A stretch of 48,743 nucleotides of DNA from an uncultured Lachnospiraceae bacterium (GCA_964383335.1 CAYLHR010000002.1:1-48743); one strand, 5' to 3'. Positions 28,514 through 38,169 are shown, counted from the first letter of the stretch. A program made the numbers and translations. Notes: generated from the sequence alone by a model not told the origin.

Positions 28514-29551
28514 TTATTCGTACAGATTCAGGAACTTTTCGAGACAGTACATCTGCCATTTCTGATTTCCCGTAAATTGATCCATGTCGAGGTCCTTCCG
28601 GAATTCCGGTCTTTCCGGACCGCTCCAGTTCCTAAAATAGGCATCTACGGGTCTCGGCATGGGCACCTTGTTCGGAACCGGAATATCCGGATACTTTTTC
28701 GCCATGAGCGCCCGGATCAGATATTTGGGCTCCCCGTGGCGCACCCGGTACAGATCCAGCTCGTCCGCCATGATGAGACGGGCGTAAGGATCATAATAGG
28801 GCATGCCGGCCACTTCAAAGGCATTGAGATAGGAGCTGGACGATTCGATGGAGAAGACGTCGTCCATGAAGGACAGGAAATCGATCCGGTCCCCGTCCTT
28901 CCTGTAGCGCTCAAACAGATAGCGCATGGACACCGGTTCCGCAAGTACCGCCTCCGGATCAGTAAAGGTGTAGCGCTTCTCGAATTCCTCAAGTGTCCAG
29001 TCCTTCGCGAGAAGACCGTCCATGCCGCCGAAGATCAGATCGCTGCTCTCCCCGACGAACATCATCTCGATGCCGTCCGCCTTCGCCATAAGGGCCGCCT
29101 GCAGGATCTGCGGCTCAATCGAATGAACGGGAGCCGCCTTCGCGGTCATGACCGGTTCCAGATGCTTTTCGACCGTATCCCACGATATATCCACATAATG
29201 AAGGTTCAGGCCGTAATAATCCGCGTAATACGCCGCGCGCTCCAGTTCCTCCTTCTGAAACTCCCCGCCCAGAAACCTGAAGGTATACGCGTCGGAGCCT
29301 CTGAGATAGGAGGCCACGATCGCGGAATCCATGCCTCCGGAGAGCAGCACGCCCTTTTTCAGGTCCTGAAACCCGGCCATCTGCTTCCCGATTTCCCGGT
29401 CGATATCCTCCGGGGTGTGAACCGGGATGCGCTCACCTGCGGGCACCGGCTGAATATTCCTGTGATGAAGCCCGGGATAAAAATCCGCGTCATCCTTCTC
29501 AATATAGCGAAATGCCATGTAGGAGCTCATGCAGTACTTCTTATCAACCAT
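28514..29551 (-). CDS. Asparagine-synthase C-terminal (ATP-pyrophosphatase) domain protein
   Basis: LLSGGMDS PP-loop, GESSDLIFGG, PKYLIR; no Ntn glutaminase domain. Confidence 0.8.
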   Translation of the reverse strand: MVDKKYCMSSYMAFRYIEKDDADFYPGLHHRNIQPVPAGERIPVHTPEDIDREIGKQMAGFQDLKKGVLLSGGMDSAIVASYLRGSDAYTFRFLGGEFQKEELERAAYYADYYGLNLHYVDISWDTVEKHLEPVMTAKAAPVHSIEPQILQAALMAKADGIEMMFVGESSDLIFGGMDGLLAKDWTLEEFEKRYTFTDPEAVLAEPVSMRYLFERYRKDGDRIDFLSFMDDVFSIESSSSYLNAFEVAGMPYYDPYARLIMADELDLYRVRHGEPKYLIRALMAKKYPDIPVPNKVPMPRPVDAYFRNWSGPERPEFRKDLDMDQFTGNQKWQMYCLEKFLNLYE

Positions 29552-30014
29552 GATTTTCCTCCCTTCCTCCGCTCGCGGCGGCCTCGCTCGCTTCGCTCGT
29601 CCATCCGCGGACCTGTTTCAGCGCCTGTGTGATCTTCGTTGACGAAATGCCTCTGGTATAAGGGAAATAAACAATCCGGATTCCTTCCTTCGCGAACTCC
29701 TCCTCATACCTGTTCCATTTTTCCGTTCCGTACCAGTCGTCACCGACAAACAGCATGGTTGCCCCGAGCTCCTTGCAGGCCTTCAGCTTGTCCATGTCGT
29801 ACTGCGGGACCGCTGCGTCCACATATTTGCAGGAGCGGACGATCTCGATCCTGTCCTCAAAGGGGATCATGGCCTCCTTCCCCTTATACCGGACCAGCTC
29901 GTCCACCGTCACTCCGACTACCAGCTTGTCGCACATCCCCTTCGCGTTTTTCAGCAGGTTCAGGTGCCCGATATGAAACAGATCGTATACTCCCGTCGTA
30001 TAACCGATTACCAT
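29544..30014 (-). CDS. TagD-like (HxGH) cytidylyltransferase
   Basis: TTGVYDLFHIGHLNLL, VGDDW, YTRGISST; start 30014 (SD GGAGG). Confidence 0.9.
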   Translation of the reverse strand: MVIGYTTGVYDLFHIGHLNLLKNAKGMCDKLVVGVTVDELVRYKGKEAMIPFEDRIEIVRSCKYVDAAVPQYDMDKLKACKELGATMLFVGDDWYGTEKWNRYEEEFAKEGIRIVYFPYTRGISSTKITQALKQVRGWTSEASEAAASGGREENHG

Positions 30015-30034
30015 TTTTCTTTCCTCCCTGATCA

Positions 30035-30787
30035 TCAGCCGGCGTGCTCGGGCCGTCTTTCCTCTTTCTCCGGCAGTTTCATGTAGTCGCCGTAGCAGAT
30101 TGTCAGATACCTGTCATAGCCGGACGGAATGTAAAACTGCGCGTCCTCAAAGGGAACGAGCGTCCTCCCGGCCCACGTATCGGCGGGATACCGGTTCTGA
30201 ATCCACTTGAAGGACGTGTTGGTGCAGTGCACCATCTCCGCCGGGCTCCCGTTCCCGATTGCCGAGGCCCGGTCATACCAGTACCGCAGAAGCTTCACGG
30301 AGAAGGGCTTTCCCATCATGTGCGTGACGAAGAGGAACATTTTATAGACGGGAGAAAAGCCCTCGTAGCTGACCTCCTCCTTCAGCATGCCCTGCAGCGT
30401 GGCGAGACACAGATTCTTAAGCTTAAACAGGACCGGCCGGGAGGGCGCGTGATCGATCACGAATACGTCCAGCGTGGGGACATATCCCCTGATCGGCTTT
30501 CCGTCCCGCTTCTGAATGCGGTAGATCCAAATGGTTTTCCGCATTTTCAGGCCCCTGCACTTTCTGAACAGGCGCCGCAGCTTATTATAATTGTCCCTGT
30601 CCACACAGATGTCAAGATCATCATCCCACGGAATGAACCCCCTGTGCCGGACCGCGCCCAGGCAGGAGCCCCCGTAGAGCGTGTACTCTATGCCATGTTC
30701 CTCGCAGAAGCTGTGAAACGTCTTCATGATATCCAGCAGCTCGTTCTGTATGTCCTGGGTACCGTATTCGTTAGGTGCAATCATCAT
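30035..30787 (-). CDS. LicD-family phosphotransferase
   Basis: GGSCLGAVRHRGFIPWDDDLDI, YGDYMKLP. Confidence 0.92.
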   Translation of the reverse strand: MMIAPNEYGTQDIQNELLDIMKTFHSFCEEHGIEYTLYGGSCLGAVRHRGFIPWDDDLDICVDRDNYNKLRRLFRKCRGLKMRKTIWIYRIQKRDGKPIRGYVPTLDVFVIDHAPSRPVLFKLKNLCLATLQGMLKEEVSYEGFSPVYKMFLFVTHMMGKPFSVKLLRYWYDRASAIGNGSPAEMVHCTNTSFKWIQNRYPADTWAGRTLVPFEDAQFYIPSGYDRYLTICYGDYMKLPEKEERRPEHAG

Positions 30788-30850
30788 TCCATCCTCCCGG
30801 CTTTTTGCCTGTATATCATAAACACCCTCCGGCGTCGAAGGGACGTATCT

Positions 30851-32131
30851 TTACCCGAAACAGCAGCGCACCGCCTCGATCACGGCCGCCTGCTCCTCCT
30901 CCGTCATCTTGTTGTCGCTCGGCAGGCAGAGGCCCCTCTCGAAGATATCCATTCCCACATCCGGGATTTCTCCCTCGTCGATATAGGCGTTCGATCCGGC
31001 CCTCCCGCTGCCCCTCGCCGTAACGAAGGGATTCATGCGGTACACGGGCTGCATGTGCATGGGCTTCCAGATCGGCCTGCCCTCCGCGTTGATGGAGGCG
31101 ATGGCCTCGAGAATCTCCGTCGGGCAGCTCTTTCCCGGCTCGCTGATATAGAGAGCCTCCTTCTCGCCCCGCACCTGCCGGCACATGGCCTCCCGGTCGA
31201 TGAGGAGACAGCTGAGCCAGAAATTCGGCTCGGAGTTCCCGCTGTCGTAGGGATTCATGGAAACCGGCAAATCCCGGAAGCCCTCCCTGTAGCGCTCATA
31301 GATCGCCTTCTTCTGCGCGATGTGCTCCTCCAGATAGGGGAACTGTCCGCGGATGACGCCGGCGATCACATTGCTCATCCGGTAGTTGTAGCCGAGCTCC
31401 TCATGCTGATACCAGGGGGCGGCCTCGCGGGACTGGGTCGACCACTTTCTCGCCCGGTGGGCAGCACTCTCCTCTTCAGTGAGCAGCATACCGCCCGCAC
31501 TGCCCGTTATAATCTTGTTTCCGTTAAAGGAAATGATATTGTACTGCCCGAAGGTCCCGGTCTGCCTTCCCTTATACGAGGCGCCGAGACTCTCCGCCGC
31601 GTCCTCCACAAGAACCGCGCCGTGCGCGCGGCAGACCGCCGTCAGCTCGTCCATCCTGCCGGGCGTACCGTAGAGGTGGGCCATCACGACGATCCGGACA
31701 TCGGGATAGAGCTCAAAGGCTTTTTCAAGCGCCGCCGGATCCATGTTCCAGGTGTCCGGCTCCGTATCGATAAAGACCGCCTCACCGCCCTCGTAGGCGA
31801 CCGGGTTGACCGTCGCGTCAAAGGTCATATCCGTGCAGAACACCCGCCGTCCTTCCAACGTCCCGTGCCCCGGTCTCGGCTGTCCGTATATCTTCTCGCC
31901 GGCCAGCTTCACGGCCAGATGCAGCGCCGCCGTCCCGGCGGACAGAGCCACCGCGTACCCGCAGCCCGTCTTTTCGCAGGCCATGCGCTCCACCTCGTTG
32001 ATATTGGCGCCCACGGTCGACATCCAGTTCGTCTCATAGGCCTCCGTCATATATTTCAGCTCCCCGCCGTGCATGGTCGGCGAAGACAGCCACACTTTCT
32101 TCTCAAGCGGTTTCACATTCAAAGCTTTCAT
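30851..32131 (-). CDS. DegT/DnrJ/EryC1 sugar aminotransferase (PglE/EpsN-like)
   Basis: GTAALHLA, EDAAESLG, SFNGNKIIT, GYNYRMSN, RPIWKPMH, GLCLPS. Confidence 0.93.
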   Translation of the reverse strand: MKALNVKPLEKKVWLSSPTMHGGELKYMTEAYETNWMSTVGANINEVERMACEKTGCGYAVALSAGTAALHLAVKLAGEKIYGQPRPGHGTLEGRRVFCTDMTFDATVNPVAYEGGEAVFIDTEPDTWNMDPAALEKAFELYPDVRIVVMAHLYGTPGRMDELTAVCRAHGAVLVEDAAESLGASYKGRQTGTFGQYNIISFNGNKIITGSAGGMLLTEEESAAHRARKWSTQSREAAPWYQHEELGYNYRMSNVIAGVIRGQFPYLEEHIAQKKAIYERYREGFRDLPVSMNPYDSGNSEPNFWLSCLLIDREAMCRQVRGEKEALYISEPGKSCPTEILEAIASINAEGRPIWKPMHMQPVYRMNPFVTARGSGRAGSNAYIDEGEIPDVGMDIFERGLCLPSDNKMTEEEQAAVIEAVRCCFG

Positions 32132-32270
32132 TCTTCTCTCCCGATGACAGTCACTCGTCCCGATGACGATTATTCACTCCCGCTGTTCCGCATCCGCTGT
32201 TTACAGGTCATTGTACCACATCGCGCGGTCCGGCGGCACGTGATATGCATCTTACTCCTTATATTGGCAA

Positions 32271-32300
32271 TTGGCAATCCCCGCCCCCGTGCGCTATAAT
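32271..32300 (+). promoter_or_regulatory. sigma-A promoter, probably giving a leaderless mRNA
   Basis: TTGGCA-18 bp-TATAAT, ATG 7 nt downstream, no SD. Confidence 0.65.
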
Positions 32301-32307
32301 TCTGTTT

Positions 32308-33795
32308 ATGAAAAAAATTGTACGTTCAATTATCTTTCTGGCAGGTCTCGTGATCCTCATAAGGGGGATCTCCTATATCGTCACGCCCAAGGACTCGGCC
32401 GAGAAGCTCAACTCCTTCTTCCGGGAGGAGCAGGACTTCGACGTCCTGTTTCTCGGCATCAGCCACATGGAGGTCGGCGTGCACCCGCTCGAGATGTGGA
32501 ACGACTTCGGCTTTACCTCCTTCGACTTCGGCGAGTCGGGAAATACCATCGACAGCAGCTACTGGGTCCTGCGGAATGCCCTGGACTACACGACTCCGAA
32601 GCTGGTCGTCATCGACGTCCGCCACATGGATCTTAAGGAGCGGGAGGACTTCGCCCACTACTTCCGCTTCAACTACGACCGCTTCCCCCTGTCCCGCAAC
32701 AAGATCGCGGCCGCCCTCGAGCTCATGCCCTCGAAGGAGAAGGCCCTCGAGCTGCTCTTCCCCGTGCTGCAGTTCCACAACCGCTGGAATTCACTGAAGG
32801 CAAAGGATCTCAGTCTGTCCGTCACGGAGCGGATCGACCGGGGCTCCTACCGATATAAGAAGCCGAAAGTCGCCGTCCCCCGGATTTCCGAGGGAGCGGA
32901 CACGCTCAAAGCCCGGGAGAGCGAGGCCTACGCCGCCTCCTATCTCCGCCGCACGATCGAGCTGTGCCGGGACCGGGGCATTGAAGTCCTTCTGACGGAG
33001 CTCCCCTACCCCGCCGACCGGGAATCCAGAGAATACGCGAACGGCGTGCAGGCCATTGCGGACGAATACGGCATCCGCTATCTCAATTTCCTCGAGGAGG
33101 ACAAAATCGGCGTCATCGACTTCGATACCGACATGAAGGACCGGTCCTCCCACGTCAACGAGTCGGGCGCGAGGAAGGTGAGCGGATATCTGGGCGCGTA
33201 TATCAGGGAACACTATCAGCTGCCGGACCACCGGGCCGACGAAGCCTATGCCTCCTGGCAGCAGGACTACAGCGACTACACTTTATATAAGGAAAAAAGA
33301 ATTCTGAGCCAGAAGAGCCCGGATCTCACACTGATGCTGCTCTCCGACAAAAATATCAGCAGCTGCATCTATGTGAAGGGAAGCTCGCCCGCTCTCACTG
33401 ATGAGCGGCTCCGGGGCCTGATCCGCAATATCGCGCAGACGGCCGCCTTCCCCGAAACGTCGGAGGAGGCGGAGGCCGCAGGCGACGCGCTCGCCCGGGC
33501 CGCGTCGGAGCAGGCGGATTTCTTCGCCCTCTTCGACAACCGGGGCCGCGCGGTATATACCGCGGTCGGCGAAGCCGCGCTCGACCTCGCGGTATCCGGC
33601 ACGCCTCTTCGCTATGAGGGGGACGGGGCCGGCGCATTTTCCATAAAATCCGGCGCCCTCACCATCGGCCCGGAAGACCTCGGAAAAGGAGACATCTGCG
33701 CCTTCTTCTATGAAAGCGGCGGCACGCCCTCGGACCCCATGGTCTTTCAGACGTCCCTGCCCTCCTCTCTCGTCGGGGGAACGCGTCTCTCCTGA
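32308..33795 (+). CDS. Membrane-anchored extracellular SGNH-like (DltD/AlgJ-like) protein
   Basis: N-terminal anchor MKKIVRSIIFLAGLVILI; FLGISH nucleophile block; DRSSHVNESGA; adjacent to MBOAT. Confidence 0.7.
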   Translation: MKKIVRSIIFLAGLVILIRGISYIVTPKDSAEKLNSFFREEQDFDVLFLGISHMEVGVHPLEMWNDFGFTSFDFGESGNTIDSSYWVLRNALDYTTPKLVVIDVRHMDLKEREDFAHYFRFNYDRFPLSRNKIAAALELMPSKEKALELLFPVLQFHNRWNSLKAKDLSLSVTERIDRGSYRYKKPKVAVPRISEGADTLKARESEAYAASYLRRTIELCRDRGIEVLLTELPYPADRESREYANGVQAIADEYGIRYLNFLEEDKIGVIDFDTDMKDRSSHVNESGARKVSGYLGAYIREHYQLPDHRADEAYASWQQDYSDYTLYKEKRILSQKSPDLTLMLLSDKNISSCIYVKGSSPALTDERLRGLIRNIAQTAAFPETSEEAEAAGDALARAASEQADFFALFDNRGRAVYTAVGEAALDLAVSGTPLRYEGDGAGAFSIKSGALTIGPEDLGKGDICAFFYESGGTPSDPMVFQTSLPSSLVGGTRLS

Positions 33796-33800
33796 CCTTC

Positions 33801-35417
33801 CTAGAAACCCCCGTAGACGAAATCCGCGGCGTTATACGCCGACCCGTACATGCCCCAGAGAATGACCAGCGCGGCCGCCCCGTAGTAAATGAGCCAGCGG
33901 ACGGGGAGCGGCATGCGGTCGATCTCCTCTCTGAGGCTCCGCCTCTCCTGCAGAAGGCCGACTGCCCAGAGTAGCAGGACGCTGATCCCGATGACGAGCA
34001 GGTCCGCCCCCTTAATACCGGCCCCGGCAAAGCTTGCCGTCAGTGTTTTCACGGACGGTCTCATCAGAATGTGCCGGCAGATCCGGAACACGCTGTTCCA
34101 GGAGCCGGTCGCCGTGATCATGCGTCCGACGGCAAAGTACACGAACGATCTGCACATCTGAAACAGGCGGTGCCAAAAGGGCCTGCGGCCCATATGCAAA
34201 AATGCGCCCGCCCTCTCCAGCTCCTTCGCAAAAACCGTCTCAATAATAATCAGGGCACCCCAGTAGAATCCCCACATCACATAGTCGATGCCGGTCCCGT
34301 GCCAGAGACCGGTGAGAAGCCAGACGATCATAAGCGGAATCCCGGAGGAGGCCAGCTTCCCGGCCTTTTCTCCGCGCCGTTTTTTGACGGATCTGGTCCA
34401 TTTCATAAAATGGCTGTTGGTCGCGATCGGCATGTAGACGTAGTCCCTGAACCAGGCGCCCAGCGTGATGTGCCAGCGCCGCCAGAACTCAGCCGCGGAC
34501 AGGGAGAAGAAGGGGTGGTCGAAATTTTTCTCAAGCGTCACGCCCAGCGCCTGCGAAGCCCCCGTCACGATGTCCATGCAGCCGGAAAAGTCGGCGTAGA
34601 GGACGATGACATTGGCGAGGACGGCAAGTACCGTCTCCGGCCCGCGGTACTCCTTCAGATTCTCAAACACATAATCCGGATAAAGTGTGAGGCGGTCGGC
34701 GAGCACCATCTTCTTGTAGAGGCCCCACAGCATGAGCTGCAGGCCGTGCGTCACGCGCTCATAGCTGAAGCCGGGCAGAGCGTCGAACTGCTTCATCAGC
34801 GCGTCGTAGCGGCTGATCGGTCCCTGCACGATGATCGGGAAATACGTCATGCAGAGAATCAGGCTGAAATAATTCCGCTCCGCCTCCGCCTTCCGCCAGT
34901 AGATGTCGAGCAGATATCCCGCGGAGGAAAAGGTGTAATAGGAGATGCCGAGCGGCACAAGAATCTTCGAGAAGCGCAGATCCCGCAGCCGGGTCACGGA
35001 CTCAAAGCCCAGCACCCGCCCCAGCTTGGTATAGAGCAGGACGCCGAGAATCAGAATGAGGCCGGCCAGCAGATACCGGAAGGCCCGCTTTTTATAGGGC
35101 GCAAGAAGCGCCGTCTTCTCCTTCGGCTTCAGCTTCTGCGGCGGCTCGAGCGACGCAAGCTCCTCCGCGCGCGCCGAAAGCTCCGTCTCATACGCCGCGT
35201 AGATGCCGGCGATCCGGACGGACACAAAATAGGTGATGAGAGATGTGGCGAACAGCACCGCCAGCGCCCCCGCGCCGGCGGCCGCGATGTAGAAGACCAT
35301 GCTCCCCGCGAAAATGACCGCTTTTCTGGCAGCAGTCCCCGGCATCAGGCAGTAAACTGCCAGAAGCGCCGCAAAAAATACCAGAAACAGGAGACTGTTG
35401 TAGGACATTGTCAGCAT
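33801..35417 (-). CDS. MBOAT O-acyltransferase (AlgI/DltB-like)
   Basis: PLGISYYTF, GPISR, YADFSG, NFDHPF, EFWRRWHITLGAWFRDYVY, TGLWHG. Confidence 0.93.
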   Translation of the reverse strand: MLTMSYNSLLFLVFFAALLAVYCLMPGTAARKAVIFAGSMVFYIAAAGAGALAVLFATSLITYFVSVRIAGIYAAYETELSARAEELASLEPPQKLKPKEKTALLAPYKKRAFRYLLAGLILILGVLLYTKLGRVLGFESVTRLRDLRFSKILVPLGISYYTFSSAGYLLDIYWRKAEAERNYFSLILCMTYFPIIVQGPISRYDALMKQFDALPGFSYERVTHGLQLMLWGLYKKMVLADRLTLYPDYVFENLKEYRGPETVLAVLANVIVLYADFSGCMDIVTGASQALGVTLEKNFDHPFFSLSAAEFWRRWHITLGAWFRDYVYMPIATNSHFMKWTRSVKKRRGEKAGKLASSGIPLMIVWLLTGLWHGTGIDYVMWGFYWGALIIIETVFAKELERAGAFLHMGRRPFWHRLFQMCRSFVYFAVGRMITATGSWNSVFRICRHILMRPSVKTLTASFAGAGIKGADLLVIGISVLLLWAVGLLQERRSLREEIDRMPLPVRWLIYYGAAALVILWGMYGSAYNAADFVYGGF

Positions 35418-35488
35418 GTCATTACCCGTAACCCTTCACTTTCTTACCCCCGGGTTCCTCCCGGTTGACCGCCCGTCAAAAGGACGCC

Positions 35489-36916
35489 TCAGACGACCCC
35501 CGCTTTTTTCAGTTTCTTCAGAAGGGCCCGCCCGAGGACCACCTGTCCCTCTGCGTTGGGATGATGCCCGTCCTTCACAAAGTATTCCTTATGTCCGGCC
35601 AGAATCTTCTCGCACCCGGACAGATAGATCCATCCGTTCTCCCTGCACGCCTCGATATACCAGGGCCGGCGCTTTTTCAGCCTCTCGAGCCAGGACGCGT
35701 TCGACACATGCGTATTCGGAGAGGCATAGGCGATCAGGGCATTCGGGAAGCGGCGCCTTGCCTCTTCGGAAAATGCCCGCATGCCCCCCACGATCTCCGC
35801 CTTCGACTGCTTCCGGTCATTTCCGGTGCCGCCGACCACCAGGATCAGCTTCACCTCCGGGTCCTTCTTCGCGAGCCGCAGAAGATGCAGGAAATTCCTG
35901 CCCACCCCGAAACCGTATCCGCCGCGGCAGGCGATGAGGGCCTGTCCCTCCGTAAGCCCCAGGCCCTTCGCCACCTGATAGGGCCACGTGTAGTGGCCGC
36001 GCCTGCTGGTGCGCGCGCCGTAGGAATCCCCGATCATGAAAATTTTTCCGCTTCCCGCCGCTTCCGTCTTAGAGGCCGCTTTATCTGCGTCCAGCACGAC
36101 TGACGCGCCGCCCGCGGCCTCGGCCGCGGTTCCGCCGGCTGTCTCTCCGCCGGCCGCGGCGGCATTCTCTTCGGTGACCTCTGTCCGGTCCGTCCACCGC
36201 TCGAGCCCGCAGACCTTGCACCGGTCCGCCGGATACTCCGGCGCTGCCGGATCCTTCAGCCTGACCTTCTTCCACTCGTGCGCGTGGGGCGTCGTGAGCT
36301 TCACAAGCTCCGCTATGCGGGTGGCCGTCCCGGTGCCGACCGCTTCCTTTCCGGACAGCCGCGCCGCCGTTCCCGCCGCGCCGAGATCTTTTCCCGCGGA
36401 ACCGGCGGATGCCTTCACCGGGCTCAGCTTCGTCCGGAGGGGCTTCACTTTAAGCCGGAGCACCGCGCGGAGCTTCTTATTATTTCTGCTCCTTACGGTG
36501 ATCTTTACGGACCCGGCCCTATTCGCTTTGATGACGCCGCGCGCCGTGACCCCGGCGGTCTTCTTCTTCGAAGTGAGGAAGCGCAGCGTCTTCACGCGCA
36601 CGGCCTTCCCCTTATACCGGACCGAAAGCCGCACCCGGTCCCCCTCCTTCACCGACGCACTTTTCGCGGTTCCCTTCGCGGAAATGGTGACGCTGACGGT
36701 CCGGGGCACGGACGCCGCGCGCACCGTCCCGGGCGAAAGCAGCAGCAGGAAAAAGCCGCACAGAAGAAGCCGCAGGGCCGCGCGAACCCGGGTCCTGCGG
36801 GTGCCCCCACAGGCACGGGCCGAACAGGTGCCCGCACGCGCGCCCGACATATTCCGATTAACCGCTGCTTCACATGCAGTCCCGCCCGCTGTCTCATACG
36901 CTGTCCCACAAATCAC
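35489..36916 (-). CDS. Secreted Ig-like domain + SGNH hydrolase
   Basis: Signal-like segment, Ig-like Lys-rich repeat (GVTARGVIKANRAGSVKITV), GDSYG, GTGND, DGHHPN; start uncertain (GTG 36916 with GGGGAGG SD). Confidence 0.72.
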   Translation of the reverse strand: MICGTAYETAGGTACEAAVNRNMSGARAGTCSARACGGTRRTRVRAALRLLLCGFFLLLLSPGTVRAASVPRTVSVTISAKGTAKSASVKEGDRVRLSVRYKGKAVRVKTLRFLTSKKKTAGVTARGVIKANRAGSVKITVRSRNNKKLRAVLRLKVKPLRTKLSPVKASAGSAGKDLGAAGTAARLSGKEAVGTGTATRIAELVKLTTPHAHEWKKVRLKDPAAPEYPADRCKVCGLERWTDRTEVTEENAAAAGGETAGGTAAEAAGGASVVLDADKAASKTEAAGSGKIFMIGDSYGARTSRRGHYTWPYQVAKGLGLTEGQALIACRGGYGFGVGRNFLHLLRLAKKDPEVKLILVVGGTGNDRKQSKAEIVGGMRAFSEEARRRFPNALIAYASPNTHVSNASWLERLKKRRPWYIEACRENGWIYLSGCEKILAGHKEYFVKDGHHPNAEGQVVLGRALLKKLKKAGVV

Positions 36917-37062
36917 GGCAGCCTCCCCGTCTTACCTCCTGCAGCCGGCGTCATCCCGGCAGCGCTCAAACATAATCCTTCTTATTATAACAAAACCGGG
37001 CGGTTCTGTGTAAACTTAGGAAAAATCCATTCTCCGTCTATTAACTCGGCAGGCGCTCATTC

Positions 37063-37091
37063 TTGAAAGCCTGCGTAAAAAAATGTAGAAT
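37063..37091 (+). promoter_or_regulatory. sigma-A promoter
   Basis: TTGAAA-17 bp-TAGAAT. Confidence 0.65.
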
Positions 37092-37136
37092 ACAATTACA
37101 GCCAATCACCCGCTTTTTTCAGACAGGAGGTGCACT

Positions 37137-38048
37137 ATGAAAAAAAGCTTCAGCCCGGTCAAGCCAGCAGTTTTTTTATCATTGTTCCCACTGCTTTTTC
37201 TTTTGATCCGGACAACACCGGCCTATGCGGAGCCGGCACTTAAGCTGCAGAGAAACAGCGTCACATTTCGCGCGGACAGCGGCGATGACGAAGAGATCAT
37301 GATTGATGAAGATCACTCCGCGGAAATCGCGTCCGCCAAATCGGAAAACAGCAAAATCGCGGCGGCACAGGCATCCACGGATACGGTGACCATCACTCCG
37401 AAGCACGTCGGCTCCACCAAAATCACCGTCACGGGAAAGGACGGCAGCACAGCCGTCATCAATGTAAAGATCACAAGGGCCTTCTTTAAGAGCTATCTCT
37501 CCAGACAGACCCATCTCAGCAACTGCTGGTACGGAACCGGAAAGCTGGTCATCACCGGAGATCCGGGGACAACCGGAACGGTCAGAATCGGCACCGACAC
37601 CTACAAATACTCGACCGGCTCAAAGTACAGGGCCGTCATTAAGCTGAAAAAGGTCTACAAGCTGAACGCAAAGGTAAGGGTAACGATCAAAAATCACGGA
37701 TGCTCCTACAGCTTTAAGACGAAGCTGTCTTCCGATACCAGATTTTATGATGTCAGGGCCAAAGGGAAGACCATAAAGGTCGAGACCTTCAACGTGCACA
37801 AAGGCGACATCGTAAAGGTCAGCTATAAGGGAAAAACATACAGCAGAAAAATCAGAAAGAATAAAGACGGGAAGCTCTATACCGTAAGGCTCACGGCAAA
37901 AAAGCGCGTGAAAAAGAATGCGTCACTGACAATCCAAATCATTAATAAGAAGAAAAAGACGCTGTATCAGGAGACCATAAAGCTCTCGAAGGGGCGCTAT
38001 TCGCCGGAGGATGAAGCGGAAAACAATCACCATCCGGAAGAAGACTGA
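37137..38048 (+). CDS. Secreted Lys-rich beta-sandwich (Ig-like) protein
   Basis: Signal peptide (AYA-E), SENSKIA...VTITPKHVGSTKITVT Ig-like pattern; SD AGGAGG. Confidence 0.7.
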   Translation: MKKSFSPVKPAVFLSLFPLLFLLIRTTPAYAEPALKLQRNSVTFRADSGDDEEIMIDEDHSAEIASAKSENSKIAAAQASTDTVTITPKHVGSTKITVTGKDGSTAVINVKITRAFFKSYLSRQTHLSNCWYGTGKLVITGDPGTTGTVRIGTDTYKYSTGSKYRAVIKLKKVYKLNAKVRVTIKNHGCSYSFKTKLSSDTRFYDVRAKGKTIKVETFNVHKGDIVKVSYKGKTYSRKIRKNKDGKLYTVRLTAKKRVKKNASLTIQIINKKKKTLYQETIKLSKGRYSPEDEAENNHHPEED

Positions 38049-38112
38049 CAGATCCTTCCGCCTGTTTCCGGCGGTCTTCGATCCGGTCTGAACCCGACAT
38101 AAACTGAATCAG

Positions 38113-38169
38113 GAAGTGTGTAAGATGCCGAAGGGCTGCTGTCCCGGGCGCTTACACACTTCTTTTTTT
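38113..38169 (+). terminator. Rho-independent terminator
   Basis: GAAGTGTGTAAG...CTTACACACTTC plus T7. Confidence 0.8.

Noticed and set aside
21950-30787. Phosphocholine decoration by the LicD proteins
   Set aside because: No licA/licB/licC in the window; LicD-family enzymes also transfer polyol-phosphates, so it is unsupported here
30044-32299. 751-aa plus-strand ORF
   Set aside because: Antisense shadow of licD and the aminotransferase in high-GC3 DNA; Arg/Pro/His-rich with no motifs. The same applies to 39945-41636, 34071-35468, 23170-24501, 4464-5840, 43361-44761 and 44816-46159
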